A stretch of DNA of 64,000 nt, taken from an uncultured bacterium (GTDB lineage Bacteria > Bacillota_I > Bacilli_A > RFN20 > CAG-826). Of this stretch, positions 1 to 8,901 are shown one piece after another (position 1 is the first letter of the stretch; every line of letters starts with the position of its first letter). The DNA lies in the NCBI GenBank assembly GCA_949297445.1, contig CASFSS010000018.1:291884-355883 (forward strand). Direction: 5' to 3'. A program made the position numbers and the translations under genes. The notes under the pieces were generated by a model. That model saw only the letters and a program-made list of their open reading frames with translations, did not search any database and was not told where the DNA came from.

Positions 1-675
1 TATACTGTTGGTTTAGAAGCCGCTGCTTGTATGCGCAATTCCATCATGCAAGATGGTAGCATATCAAGACACTTTGTTTATTCCGATGGTAGTAGTGAGC
101 CATTAAACGACAAGATTACAATGTATATTGCCGATGATGTTGCTACACCATTAGCCGCCGCTGTTTGTGGCACATGGAAAGCAAAAGAAATCACTGCAGC
201 TTGGGGAGATAATGCCCGCGCGACAGTTCTTCCAACATTAGTTGGTCGTACTGGCATGACATATAAATTTACAACCTTTGCTGGTTATAAACTAATGGGC
301 GTTAATAGAATGTGTTCATATGCGACACAATCGCAAGAAAATCTTCAAATGCTTCATAAATTCGCTCAGTACTTAACTGATACTGATATGGCTATTGCTC
401 GATATGAATCGACAGGTGCTGGACCGAGCAATATTGCCGCTCAAGCGAATGAAGAAATTGCGAAGGACTATGCTCTTGTCGCTTTAAATGAACAATACGA
501 TGTTGCATACCATGTCCAAGGTTCGGTTCCTGCTAACTACTGGACACCTATTCAAAACTTCGCTGCCGCCATGTATAACGACTTATTAACTGGTGGAACA
601 ACCTACGTTAATGATGCCACTTTAATGCGCGAACTAAAGACGATGCAAAATAGCATCATATCTGCAACACAATAA
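1..675 (+). CDS. Maltose/maltodextrin ABC transporter substrate-binding protein (C-terminal part, 5' truncated by window)
   Basis: Frame is open from base 1; C-terminal MalE/CycB-like segment (TFAGYKLMGVN...ALNEQ...NYWTP); directly upstream of two sugar permeases. Confidence 0.75.
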   Translation, partial: YTVGLEAAACMRNSIMQDGSISRHFVYSDGSSEPLNDKITMYIADDVATPLAAAVCGTWKAKEITAAWGDNARATVLPTLVGRTGMTYKFTTFAGYKLMGVNRMCSYATQSQENLQMLHKFAQYLTDTDMAIARYESTGAGPSNIAAQANEEIAKDYALVALNEQYDVAYHVQGSVPANYWTPIQNFAAAMYNDLLTGGTTYVNDATLMRELKTMQNSIISATQ

Positions 676-688
676 TAATTAATTATTA

Positions 689-724
689 TTTCGCTCGGGG
701 AATTTTCCCCGGGCGAATATTTTA
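689..724 (+). terminator. Stem-loop after the binding-protein gene (partial terminator or mRNA stabiliser)
   Basis: TTCGCTCGGGGAA/TTCCCCGGGCGAA inverted repeat followed by short T run. Confidence 0.65.
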
Positions 725-761
725 TTACCGACATATCATTTTTAAATGTGGGGGAAAAGCA

Positions 762-2264
762 ATGAACGATTTATTACTTTTATCGCATAGTAAATTTGCC
801 CGCTTTTGGATAAAAATTGGTATAGCATTCAAAAACGGATTTTTAGCAGTTAAGCGATTTTTTATCAACTTGCCAAATCTTATTGTCGCTGCGTTGAAAA
901 AGATTGGTAGTTTCTTAGCAACCCCTTATTACGCAATGCGTTATGGCGATTGGAAAACTAGATTGTCTTTTTTGATCTTCGGTTTTGGCAACTTAGCGCA
1001 TAAGCAGTGGCTTAGAGGTTTTGCGTTATTGTTGACGGAAATTGCTTTTATCCTATATATGACACTATTTGGAGCTGGCTATTTAGGAGATTTTGGTACA
1101 TTAGGTACAACAGAAACGTATAAAGATCCTAATACCGGTTTTACAATTATTGGTGATGACTCATTTAACATTTTGCTTTATGGTACTTTATCAATAATTA
1201 TCATTTTATTTGTTGTTTATTTGTGGTTTGTTTCAATAAAACAAGCTTACGAAATTCAATACATGTCTCAAATAAACCGTCACCTTGTTAGTGCATCGGA
1301 GGATTTGCGAAATCTCGGTAATCAATATTACCACGTTACGCTTTTATCGGTCCCGTCATTATTATTATTAATTTTTACAATTATTCCGTTAATCTTTATG
1401 ATTTTTGTTGCTTTCACGAATTTTGATAATGCGCATCAACCACCCAATAATCTATTTACGTGGGTTGGCTTAAGCAATTTCCAAACGATGTTGTTTGGCG
1501 GCGGATTAGCTGGTGGCAATACTGAAACGTTTTCTTATACTTTCTGGACAGTTTTAGCGTGGACCTTAATTTGGGCTGTTTTAGCGACGGTTACCAACTT
1601 TGTTTTTGGTATGATTGTCGCATTATTAATTAATAAAAAATCAATCAAGTTAAAAAAAGTTTGGAGAACATTTTTAGTTACATCTATTGCTGTTCCTCAA
1701 TTAGTATCTTTGCTATTGATGAGTAAAATGCTATCAACAACCGGTGTTATAACGAACATGTTTGCTCAAATTGGCATTCAAAACGTACGTTTCTTGCTCG
1801 ACCCAATGTTATGCAAAGTTACCATCATTATCGTAAATATGTGGATTGGTATTCCTTATACCGTATTATCTTGTACCGGCATATTAATGAACATTCCTGA
1901 TGATTTATATGAGGCCGCACGCATTGACGGCGCTAATCCTTATCGCATGTACGTTAATATTACTTTGCCATATGTATTATTTGTGATGGGGCCTTCTTTA
2001 ATTTCGACATTTGTTGGTAATATCAACAATTTCAATGTTATTTACCTTTTAACCGGTGGTGGTCCAAATTACGACACGAACATGCACTCAACTGCTGGTC
2101 AATCAGATTTGTTAATTACTTGGCTATATAAATTGACGGTCAATGATCAAGATTACTCAATGGCATCAACAATTGGCATCTTGGTATTTATTGTTTGTGC
2201 AGTTTTATCTTTGATTGCCTATTCGCGAATCGGTTCAACTAAAAATGAGGAGGATTTCCAATAA
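762..2264 (+). CDS. Maltodextrin ABC transporter permease (MalF/MalC-like)
   Basis: Multiple TM helices; EAA loop LYEAARIDGA; FNVIYLLTGGGP motif. Confidence 0.9.
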   Translation: MNDLLLLSHSKFARFWIKIGIAFKNGFLAVKRFFINLPNLIVAALKKIGSFLATPYYAMRYGDWKTRLSFLIFGFGNLAHKQWLRGFALLLTEIAFILYMTLFGAGYLGDFGTLGTTETYKDPNTGFTIIGDDSFNILLYGTLSIIIILFVVYLWFVSIKQAYEIQYMSQINRHLVSASEDLRNLGNQYYHVTLLSVPSLLLLIFTIIPLIFMIFVAFTNFDNAHQPPNNLFTWVGLSNFQTMLFGGGLAGGNTETFSYTFWTVLAWTLIWAVLATVTNFVFGMIVALLINKKSIKLKKVWRTFLVTSIAVPQLVSLLLMSKMLSTTGVITNMFAQIGIQNVRFLLDPMLCKVTIIIVNMWIGIPYTVLSCTGILMNIPDDLYEAARIDGANPYRMYVNITLPYVLFVMGPSLISTFVGNINNFNVIYLLTGGGPNYDTNMHSTAGQSDLLITWLYKLTVNDQDYSMASTIGILVFIVCAVLSLIAYSRIGSTKNEEDFQ

Positions 2265-3166
2265 TGGCTCTTAGACTACATAAGGTAAATCGAGCAGCTA
2301 GAGCGAAACGCATTATTGTCGATGCGCTCATTTATGTTCTTCTTGCTGTCATCTGCATTATATGGGTTTTCCCATTTGTTTATTTGCTTGCTCAAGCATT
2401 CCGAGTTGATACGCAGGGTATTTCCTTAACGATGTTTCCAAAAAATTGGCAATATGGATTTGACAATTTTATTCGGTTATTCACGGAAAATACTTCGACA
2501 AGTAATTTCGGAAGATGGTATTTAAACACGTTGGTTATTTCTATTATTGTGGCTGTCATTAATACCATTGTTACTTTGGCTACCGCCTATACATTATCGA
2601 GATTGCGCTTTAAAGGAAGAACATTATTGATGAGATTTATGTTAATTTTAGGCATGTTTCCAGGTTTCCTTTCGATGATTTGTATCTATCGGTTGCTAAA
2701 ACTTTTTGATAATGTAGTACCTTCTTTCTCAACTTCAATTTTTGCCCTTATTGTTGTTTATATTTCTGGATCAATGATGGGCTATTATATTTCCAAAGGA
2801 TTCTTTGACACAATTTCTCGTTCATTAGATGAGGCTGCCATGATTGATGGCGCTAGCCGCAATACGATTTTCTGGCGCATCATTTTACCGCTATCTAAAC
2901 CAATTGTTGTCTATACAATTTTGACGGCGGCGATTGGTCCGTGGGGAGACTTCATGATGTCAAACCTAATTGTTGGTAGGGCATCAATTGATAACTGGAC
3001 AGTCGCCATTGGTTTCCAAGAGTGGCTATCTTCTTCTAACGTCGGAACGCACTTCACTTTATTCTGTGCTGGCGCGACATTTGTTTCGATTCCAATCGTT
3101 GTCTTATTCTTTATACTCCAACGTTATTACGTTGAAGGCGTTACTGGAGGCGCTGTCAAAGGATAA
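2264..3166 (+). CDS. Maltodextrin ABC transporter permease (MalG/MalD-like)
   Basis: EAA loop LDEAAMIDGA; C-terminal LQRYYVEGVTGGAVKG; 1-nt overlap with upstream permease. Confidence 0.9.
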   Translation: MALRLHKVNRAARAKRIIVDALIYVLLAVICIIWVFPFVYLLAQAFRVDTQGISLTMFPKNWQYGFDNFIRLFTENTSTSNFGRWYLNTLVISIIVAVINTIVTLATAYTLSRLRFKGRTLLMRFMLILGMFPGFLSMICIYRLLKLFDNVVPSFSTSIFALIVVYISGSMMGYYISKGFFDTISRSLDEAAMIDGASRNTIFWRIILPLSKPIVVYTILTAAIGPWGDFMMSNLIVGRASIDNWTVAIGFQEWLSSSNVGTHFTLFCAGATFVSIPIVVLFFILQRYYVEGVTGGAVKG

Positions 3167-3168
3167 AG

Positions 3169-4809
3169 ATGAAACAAAATGCCGGCAAACTTTTAATTTC
3201 GTTTATCGCCTTGGCTTCTCTTATTTCTTTAACCGCCTGCAATGGTGGAATTGAGGTAAAAGACCGAGAGGTTTTGAAAGCGGATGATTTTTGCCGGACA
3301 TATTATCAAATTTTTCCCATTTCTTTTGCCGATTCTAATGACGACGGAGATGGTGACTTGCAAGGCATCATTGATAAAATAGATTATATTAGCGATTTAG
3401 GGTTTAATGGTGTTTGGTTGACGCCAGTACATCCTTCTACCACTTATCACAAATATGATGTAATTGATTATTACGATATCGACTCAACGTTTGGAACGCT
3501 GGATGATTACGATGCCTTGGTGAGTGCTTTGCATGCAAAAGACATGACCATTCTTCTTGATTTAGTTATTAATCATTCTTCTAGTTCGTGTGATTGGTTT
3601 GTTCAATGTTATCAATCACATATTCGTGGCGATATAAATAATCAATATTACGATTATTATGTTATTCAAGAATTAACAACCTCAACAGTTCCGGCTGGTT
3701 ACGCTTATGTCCCCGGTTCAACAAAATATATATATGAATGTCGTTTTTGGAGCGGCATGCCCGACTTAAATTTGCAATCGGTTCTTGATGACCCTGATGG
3801 CCCGTTAGCAACCGAATTAAAAAACATAATGGAGTTTTGGCTCATTGATCATAATGTAGATGGCTTCCGACTTGATGCTGTCACCTCTTATTTTACCGGC
3901 AACACCAATCAAAATGCCGCCTTCTTGACTTGGTTAAGCGATACCGCTAAATCAATTAAAGAAGATGTTTATATTGTCGGCGAAGGAGCTTGGGGGACTG
4001 TCGCTGAAAATAAAACTTACATTGAAGCAGGCATTAATAGTTGCTTCAATTTTGAAGACTCTCAATCCGGTGGTTATATTGGTAGTAGCGTCGTCCGTTC
4101 CTCGATGTCAAATTACTATTTAGGCATGCAAAACAACTTGGAACAAGTAGCAGGCTTATCTTATGCGGTACCCGCTCCTTTTATTAGCAATCACGATGTT
4201 ACGCGCTTGACAGGGGCAACTGCTTCTAGCGATGGCACAAAAGCCCAAAATGCTAAATTTGCTTACGGGTTACTACAAATGATGACTGGCGCTACCTTCA
4301 ATTATTATGGTGATGAAATAGGTATGGCGATTGTTTATAATCGCGCTTCTGAAAGCGTAGGCGATGAAAATCGCCGCCAACCATTGTTGTGGGGAGAAGA
4401 TGACCCCTATACTTGTGATCCGGTGAGTGGTTCTTATTCAGGAGCTAGCGAAGAAGAAAAATATCCTTATGGATCCGTCGAGGATCAATTAAATGATGCG
4501 AACTCGATATTAAATTACGTGAAAAAAGCTAATCAAATTCGCAATCAATTTAAAGCAATTCGCAGCGGGAAACTTGGCGATATTTATGAAAAATCAGATT
4601 TAAAAGACATGATTGTCTTTAACAAAATACTCAATGATGAAGATGTATTACTCATCATTAATGGGTCGACTACGGCGACCTATACTTACGATTTTGGAGC
4701 GCACGGTTATAGCGAAGTAGCGGGCGTTTTAGAGGCATATAACCAAAAATGTTCTTTGGATGGCACGACGGTTAGTGTCGCTCCAATGTCAATTGTCATA
4801 GTTATATGA
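3169..4809 (+). CDS. GH13 alpha-amylase family lipoprotein
   Basis: Lipobox LTAC; DSNDDGDGDLQG Ca-binding motif; catalytic regions GFRLDAV, IVGEG, SNHD. Confidence 0.88.
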   Translation: MKQNAGKLLISFIALASLISLTACNGGIEVKDREVLKADDFCRTYYQIFPISFADSNDDGDGDLQGIIDKIDYISDLGFNGVWLTPVHPSTTYHKYDVIDYYDIDSTFGTLDDYDALVSALHAKDMTILLDLVINHSSSSCDWFVQCYQSHIRGDINNQYYDYYVIQELTTSTVPAGYAYVPGSTKYIYECRFWSGMPDLNLQSVLDDPDGPLATELKNIMEFWLIDHNVDGFRLDAVTSYFTGNTNQNAAFLTWLSDTAKSIKEDVYIVGEGAWGTVAENKTYIEAGINSCFNFEDSQSGGYIGSSVVRSSMSNYYLGMQNNLEQVAGLSYAVPAPFISNHDVTRLTGATASSDGTKAQNAKFAYGLLQMMTGATFNYYGDEIGMAIVYNRASESVGDENRRQPLLWGEDDPYTCDPVSGSYSGASEEEKYPYGSVEDQLNDANSILNYVKKANQIRNQFKAIRSGKLGDIYEKSDLKDMIVFNKILNDEDVLLIINGSTTATYTYDFGAHGYSEVAGVLEAYNQKCSLDGTTVSVAPMSIVIVI

Positions 4810-4824
4810 GAGGAGATTAAAGTT

Positions 4825-7389
4825 ATGGCGAAGTTAAGTTTAAGACACATTTATAAGGTATATCCAAATGGTGTTAAAGCGGTTAACGATTTCAATATGG
4901 AAATCGCCGACAAGGAATTTATTGTTTTTGTCGGACCATCTGGTTGTGGAAAATCAACTACTTTACGAATGATTGCCGGCCTAGAAGCGATTACGGCTGG
5001 CGAATTATTTATCGGTAACGAGTTAGTCAATGATATGGAACCAAAAGATCGCGATATTGCGATGGTTTTCCAAAACTATGCTCTTTATCCCCATATGACT
5101 GTTTATGATAACATGGCCTTTGGCTTGCGATTACGTCATGTTCGCCCTGATGAAATTCATCGCAAGGTTTTATGGGCGGCTGATGTATTGAAATTGACTG
5201 AATTTTTAAATCGTAAACCACGCGCAATGAGTGGTGGCCAAAGACAACGTGTCGCATTAGGAAGAGCCATTTTGCGAAATCCAAAAGTATTTTTACTAGA
5301 TGAGCCATTATCAAATTTAGACGCCAAACTTCGTACGGAAATGCGCGCCGAAATCGCCAAACTACATAATGAATTAAAAACAACATTTATCTATGTTACT
5401 CACGATCAAGTTGAGGCTATGACGTTAGGCACTCGGGTTGTTGTAATGAAATTAGGATTTATTCAGCAAATTGATACTCCTCAAAATTTATATGAATATC
5501 CTGAAAATAAATTTGTTGCTGGATTTATTGGCACGCCTCAAATGAACTTCTTTGAAGCGACTTTACGGCGCGAAAAAGATAGAGTATTTGTAAAATTCGA
5601 TTATTGCGATAACGAATTGGTAATTCCTTTTGAAGATATGTTGAAAGTCAAACCATCATATTTCCATGGTGATAAGCATGTTTATGTTGGTTTACGTTGC
5701 GAAGATATTTCGTTAGATCCGGCAGTTGTCAAAGTTTCTAAAAACCGCATGAAAGTTAAAGTTTCTCATTTTGAGGAATTAGGAAACGAGACATTAGTGT
5801 ACGGCGATTTGAACATGCATGGTGATGGTTTTATCGAGTCGTCTACCCGCGTGATTATTAAGTCCTATCATGGTGCTTTAAATTTAAAACAAGGTGATGT
5901 GGTGGAAGCAGCATTCAACATGAAAAAAGCTCATTATTTTGATCATGATGACGAAATGACCATCTCTCCACGTGTCCCAACTGAAAATGTTTTTGACTGC
6001 GAAGTGCAAGATGGTGTTCTTAAATTTTTAGGTTTAAACGTCAAATTACCACCAGCTGTTAAATGTTCTAATCTTAAAAAGGGCGAGTTGTTAATTCCTA
6101 GTGATGCCATTACGGTTGGCAGTGGAGATATTCCTGTTACTATTAAACAAATTGAAGATGTTAAAGGAGTTCATCTTGCCTATTTAATGGTAGGTGAAAG
6201 AACATTTTTCTCGATTGTCGACGAATCGGTTAAAGCCGGTGATAAAACATGCATCGATATCGATTATAAAAAAATCTCAATCAAAGAAAACAATCAAGAA
6301 GTTGTTTCTCGTTTATCATCTTGTGATGTGTTCATTGGTGGCTTTACAAATTTAGAAAATAAAGGCCGCTCTAGCGATTCTCTTAAAAATTTACGTATTC
6401 GCGAATTAAAAGCAAAAGGAGCAGAAATAAATGCTGCCTTAAAACACGAACTAGCAACTTTAGGCCACAAGAAATATCTTCTCGAAGAGTTAAAAATCGC
6501 TCACAAAAAACGAATGGTTGAATTGCAAGATGAGAGGATTGAGAAATTGGCTACTTGCACTGGTTTAAAACGCGATAAGGCGGAAATAAAACACCACTAT
6601 TGCGACTTGCTTAATAAAGAATGCCATTCATATAATGAAACAGTGACGAGAATTAAAAACTCCTCGGAAACTATCGATAGTGCAAAAGCAGCGGATGCGG
6701 AAGCACGTGCCAAGGCAGAGTATGCTCATTATGAAACAATCGTTAAGAAATATAGCGAGATATGTAATGCCGGTATGTTGGCACACAAAGCGCAGAATTT
6801 AGCGGACGTTAAGACGCATGAAGAAAGATTGAAGGCGCAATTGGCTGAACTTCAAAAAAAGCGTGCCGAGGCGTTGGCAAAAATTGCTGATGATGAAAAG
6901 AATGAACTTCTTGAAGCTAAAAATAATGGTGAATTAACCGATGATTTGAAACATAAAGAAGTAGAAAGAATTCATTTGAAATATAACGATTTGCGAAAAG
7001 ACAAGAAGAACGAATTTGCAAAAAAAGTTGATAATGCAGTCACGGCTTCTAAGGTCTTTTATGTCGAAATTAACGGACATTACATTCTCGCTTCGACTGA
7101 AATTATTTTGAAGATTGTCCAAGCATTAGGCGTAGGTGTATTTTCTAGTAACTATCGCTACGAGGTACCACACGACGCCTATATCATGTTAAAAGACGGT
7201 GGTATCGAAGCGACTGTCGACGAGGTTTTGGATTATGGTAAAGAAAAGTTTGCTAAAGCAACTGCTGTCGACAAAACAATTTATGTAAAACTAACTAACG
7301 AAGCGAAAAAAGGCGATGTTCTTCACCTCTCGCTCGATTTAAAGAATGTCAAAATTTATGAAAACAAATTTGACATTCGCTTAATTTAA
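4825..7389 (+). CDS. Sugar ABC transporter ATPase (MalK/MsmX family) with long C-terminal extension
   Basis: Walker A GPSGCGKS, signature MSGGQRQR, Walker B FLLDEP, H-loop YVTHDQ; 854 aa versus about 370 aa typical. Confidence 0.92.
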   Translation: MAKLSLRHIYKVYPNGVKAVNDFNMEIADKEFIVFVGPSGCGKSTTLRMIAGLEAITAGELFIGNELVNDMEPKDRDIAMVFQNYALYPHMTVYDNMAFGLRLRHVRPDEIHRKVLWAADVLKLTEFLNRKPRAMSGGQRQRVALGRAILRNPKVFLLDEPLSNLDAKLRTEMRAEIAKLHNELKTTFIYVTHDQVEAMTLGTRVVVMKLGFIQQIDTPQNLYEYPENKFVAGFIGTPQMNFFEATLRREKDRVFVKFDYCDNELVIPFEDMLKVKPSYFHGDKHVYVGLRCEDISLDPAVVKVSKNRMKVKVSHFEELGNETLVYGDLNMHGDGFIESSTRVIIKSYHGALNLKQGDVVEAAFNMKKAHYFDHDDEMTISPRVPTENVFDCEVQDGVLKFLGLNVKLPPAVKCSNLKKGELLIPSDAITVGSGDIPVTIKQIEDVKGVHLAYLMVGERTFFSIVDESVKAGDKTCIDIDYKKISIKENNQEVVSRLSSCDVFIGGFTNLENKGRSSDSLKNLRIRELKAKGAEINAALKHELATLGHKKYLLEELKIAHKKRMVELQDERIEKLATCTGLKRDKAEIKHHYCDLLNKECHSYNETVTRIKNSSETIDSAKAADAEARAKAEYAHYETIVKKYSEICNAGMLAHKAQNLADVKTHEERLKAQLAELQKKRAEALAKIADDEKNELLEAKNNGELTDDLKHKEVERIHLKYNDLRKDKKNEFAKKVDNAVTASKVFYVEINGHYILASTEIILKIVQALGVGVFSSNYRYEVPHDAYIMLKDGGIEATVDEVLDYGKEKFAKATAVDKTIYVKLTNEAKKGDVLHLSLDLKNVKIYENKFDIRLI

Positions 7390-7437
7390 GGTTTTAAAGC
7401 TTTGCTTTAAAATAAATGAAAGGAGACAAACTATTAA

Positions 7438-8826
7438 ATGAAAAAAAGTTTGCTAATGCTTACGGCAAGTTTCTTGCTTGTAGGCGCACTCGCCGGATGC
7501 GATGATACAAGCACATCTGGCACTACTTCTACTGGCGGCGATGTTGCTGGCGGTTTAGCCGATGTCACTTTGCCAACTGAAGAAGGCAAAGTTACTGCTG
7601 CATTCCAACTTTCCTCTGAATCAGTAGCTATTCCTGAATATGTTTCCATTTATTTAACTGGTTGCTATACGGAAAAAGCCAACGATGATGAGACGTGGGA
7701 TACAACATGGGGGTATGGCTACGACGCAACCGAAATGCTTCTACTCGACGGTACAACCGACATTTATTATGCGTTTATCGAGTGGGATGCTGCTAGTTAT
7801 GGTGGTGAACAAGCTGGACAATATTCGTTGGTTGCTGGCTATAACGAGACTGCTGAATTAGGCGCCTCCCAATCCGGACTTCAATGGGTTGATAGTTATA
7901 AATCCACCGAAGTGGTTGCTTACGCGTATCCAGCCAATCCGGAATGGACCGAAAAGAGCGCCAATGTTGTTTGGTTAACAACTGAAGGAAATGATGCGGC
8001 AATTCATACATTTACATCTGTTCCGAGCGCACCAGTTATACTACACAATTATCATATAACTGTCGGCTTTGTGGCTGAAATTCCTGATTACGCTGCTCCA
8101 TATATTATCGGTACGATGAATAACTGGGGCAATGATGATGATTTCAACATTGCTGATTGGAAGTTAAGCGCATATGATCCAGAAGGCGCCATTGGCTTCG
8201 TTGCTGATCATTATTATTACGAAATTAACGTCGGCGATGTCATTGCTAATAGCCCAATACAATATCAAATTGTTTTGATGGCTCCTGATGCCACCGGCGA
8301 AGGTAGCTGGACATATCAATTTGGTAATGCCGTCACCGATGACGAGGGTAATGTGACCTATAACAACAATATTGATTACACACCATATGAATCTGATGGA
8401 GACGATTATTACGCACTTCCACATGAATTCGTGCGTGATCCAAATGCTGTTTATCCCGATCCTTCCTTAAATAAAACGGTCGAATTTCGCTTTGTAAATT
8501 TGGTTGGTGGCGGAACGATTCCTGAAGGTACGACACCACATTTATGTGCTAATATTACCGACTGGAAAACCGTTGCCTTTGAATGGGATGACGCTAATGG
8601 ATACTACACATTAGATTTGTCTGTTGCGGCAGGCGAAGTTGAAGCTGGCGTTATTGCTGATTCTAGTTGGACAGGCAAAATCGTTGCTGAAGGTGGCAAT
8701 AATTTAAAATTCAATATCACCGATGCAACAACATTAGTTACAATTGAAGCGAATTATGCGTTTGTCGGTGTCGGTGATCCGGCCTATGACGGTGCATATG
8801 CCGTTGCAACAGTTACTGTTAGCTAA
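7438..8826 (+). CDS. Acidic lipoprotein, putative multi-module starch-binding protein (no catalytic motif seen)
   Basis: Lipobox LAGC, Ser/Thr/Gly linker, three similar Trp/Tyr-rich beta modules, position between malK-like gene and pullulanase; SD AAGGAG. Confidence 0.55.
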   Translation: MKKSLLMLTASFLLVGALAGCDDTSTSGTTSTGGDVAGGLADVTLPTEEGKVTAAFQLSSESVAIPEYVSIYLTGCYTEKANDDETWDTTWGYGYDATEMLLLDGTTDIYYAFIEWDAASYGGEQAGQYSLVAGYNETAELGASQSGLQWVDSYKSTEVVAYAYPANPEWTEKSANVVWLTTEGNDAAIHTFTSVPSAPVILHNYHITVGFVAEIPDYAAPYIIGTMNNWGNDDDFNIADWKLSAYDPEGAIGFVADHYYYEINVGDVIANSPIQYQIVLMAPDATGEGSWTYQFGNAVTDDEGNVTYNNNIDYTPYESDGDDYYALPHEFVRDPNAVYPDPSLNKTVEFRFVNLVGGGTIPEGTTPHLCANITDWKTVAFEWDDANGYYTLDLSVAAGEVEAGVIADSSWTGKIVAEGGNNLKFNITDATTLVTIEANYAFVGVGDPAYDGAYAVATVTVS

Positions 8827-8840
8827 TAAAAATAAAGTTT

Positions 8841-8870
8841 GATAATCTGGGGTTTCGGCCCCAGATTATC
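8841..8870 (+). terminator. Strong stem-loop without U-tract (mRNA stabiliser or partial terminator)
   Basis: GATAATCTGGGG-TTTCGG-CCCCAGATTATC perfect 12-bp stem. Confidence 0.65.
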
Positions 8871-8901
8871 TCTATATAAGAGATAAATAAGGAGGACAAA
8901 A

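Noticed and set aside
671..690. Perfect 20-bp palindrome AATAATAATTAATTATTATT, and similar AT repeats at 52538-52567
   Set aside because: Pure A/T low complexity overlapping stop codons; no evidence of function
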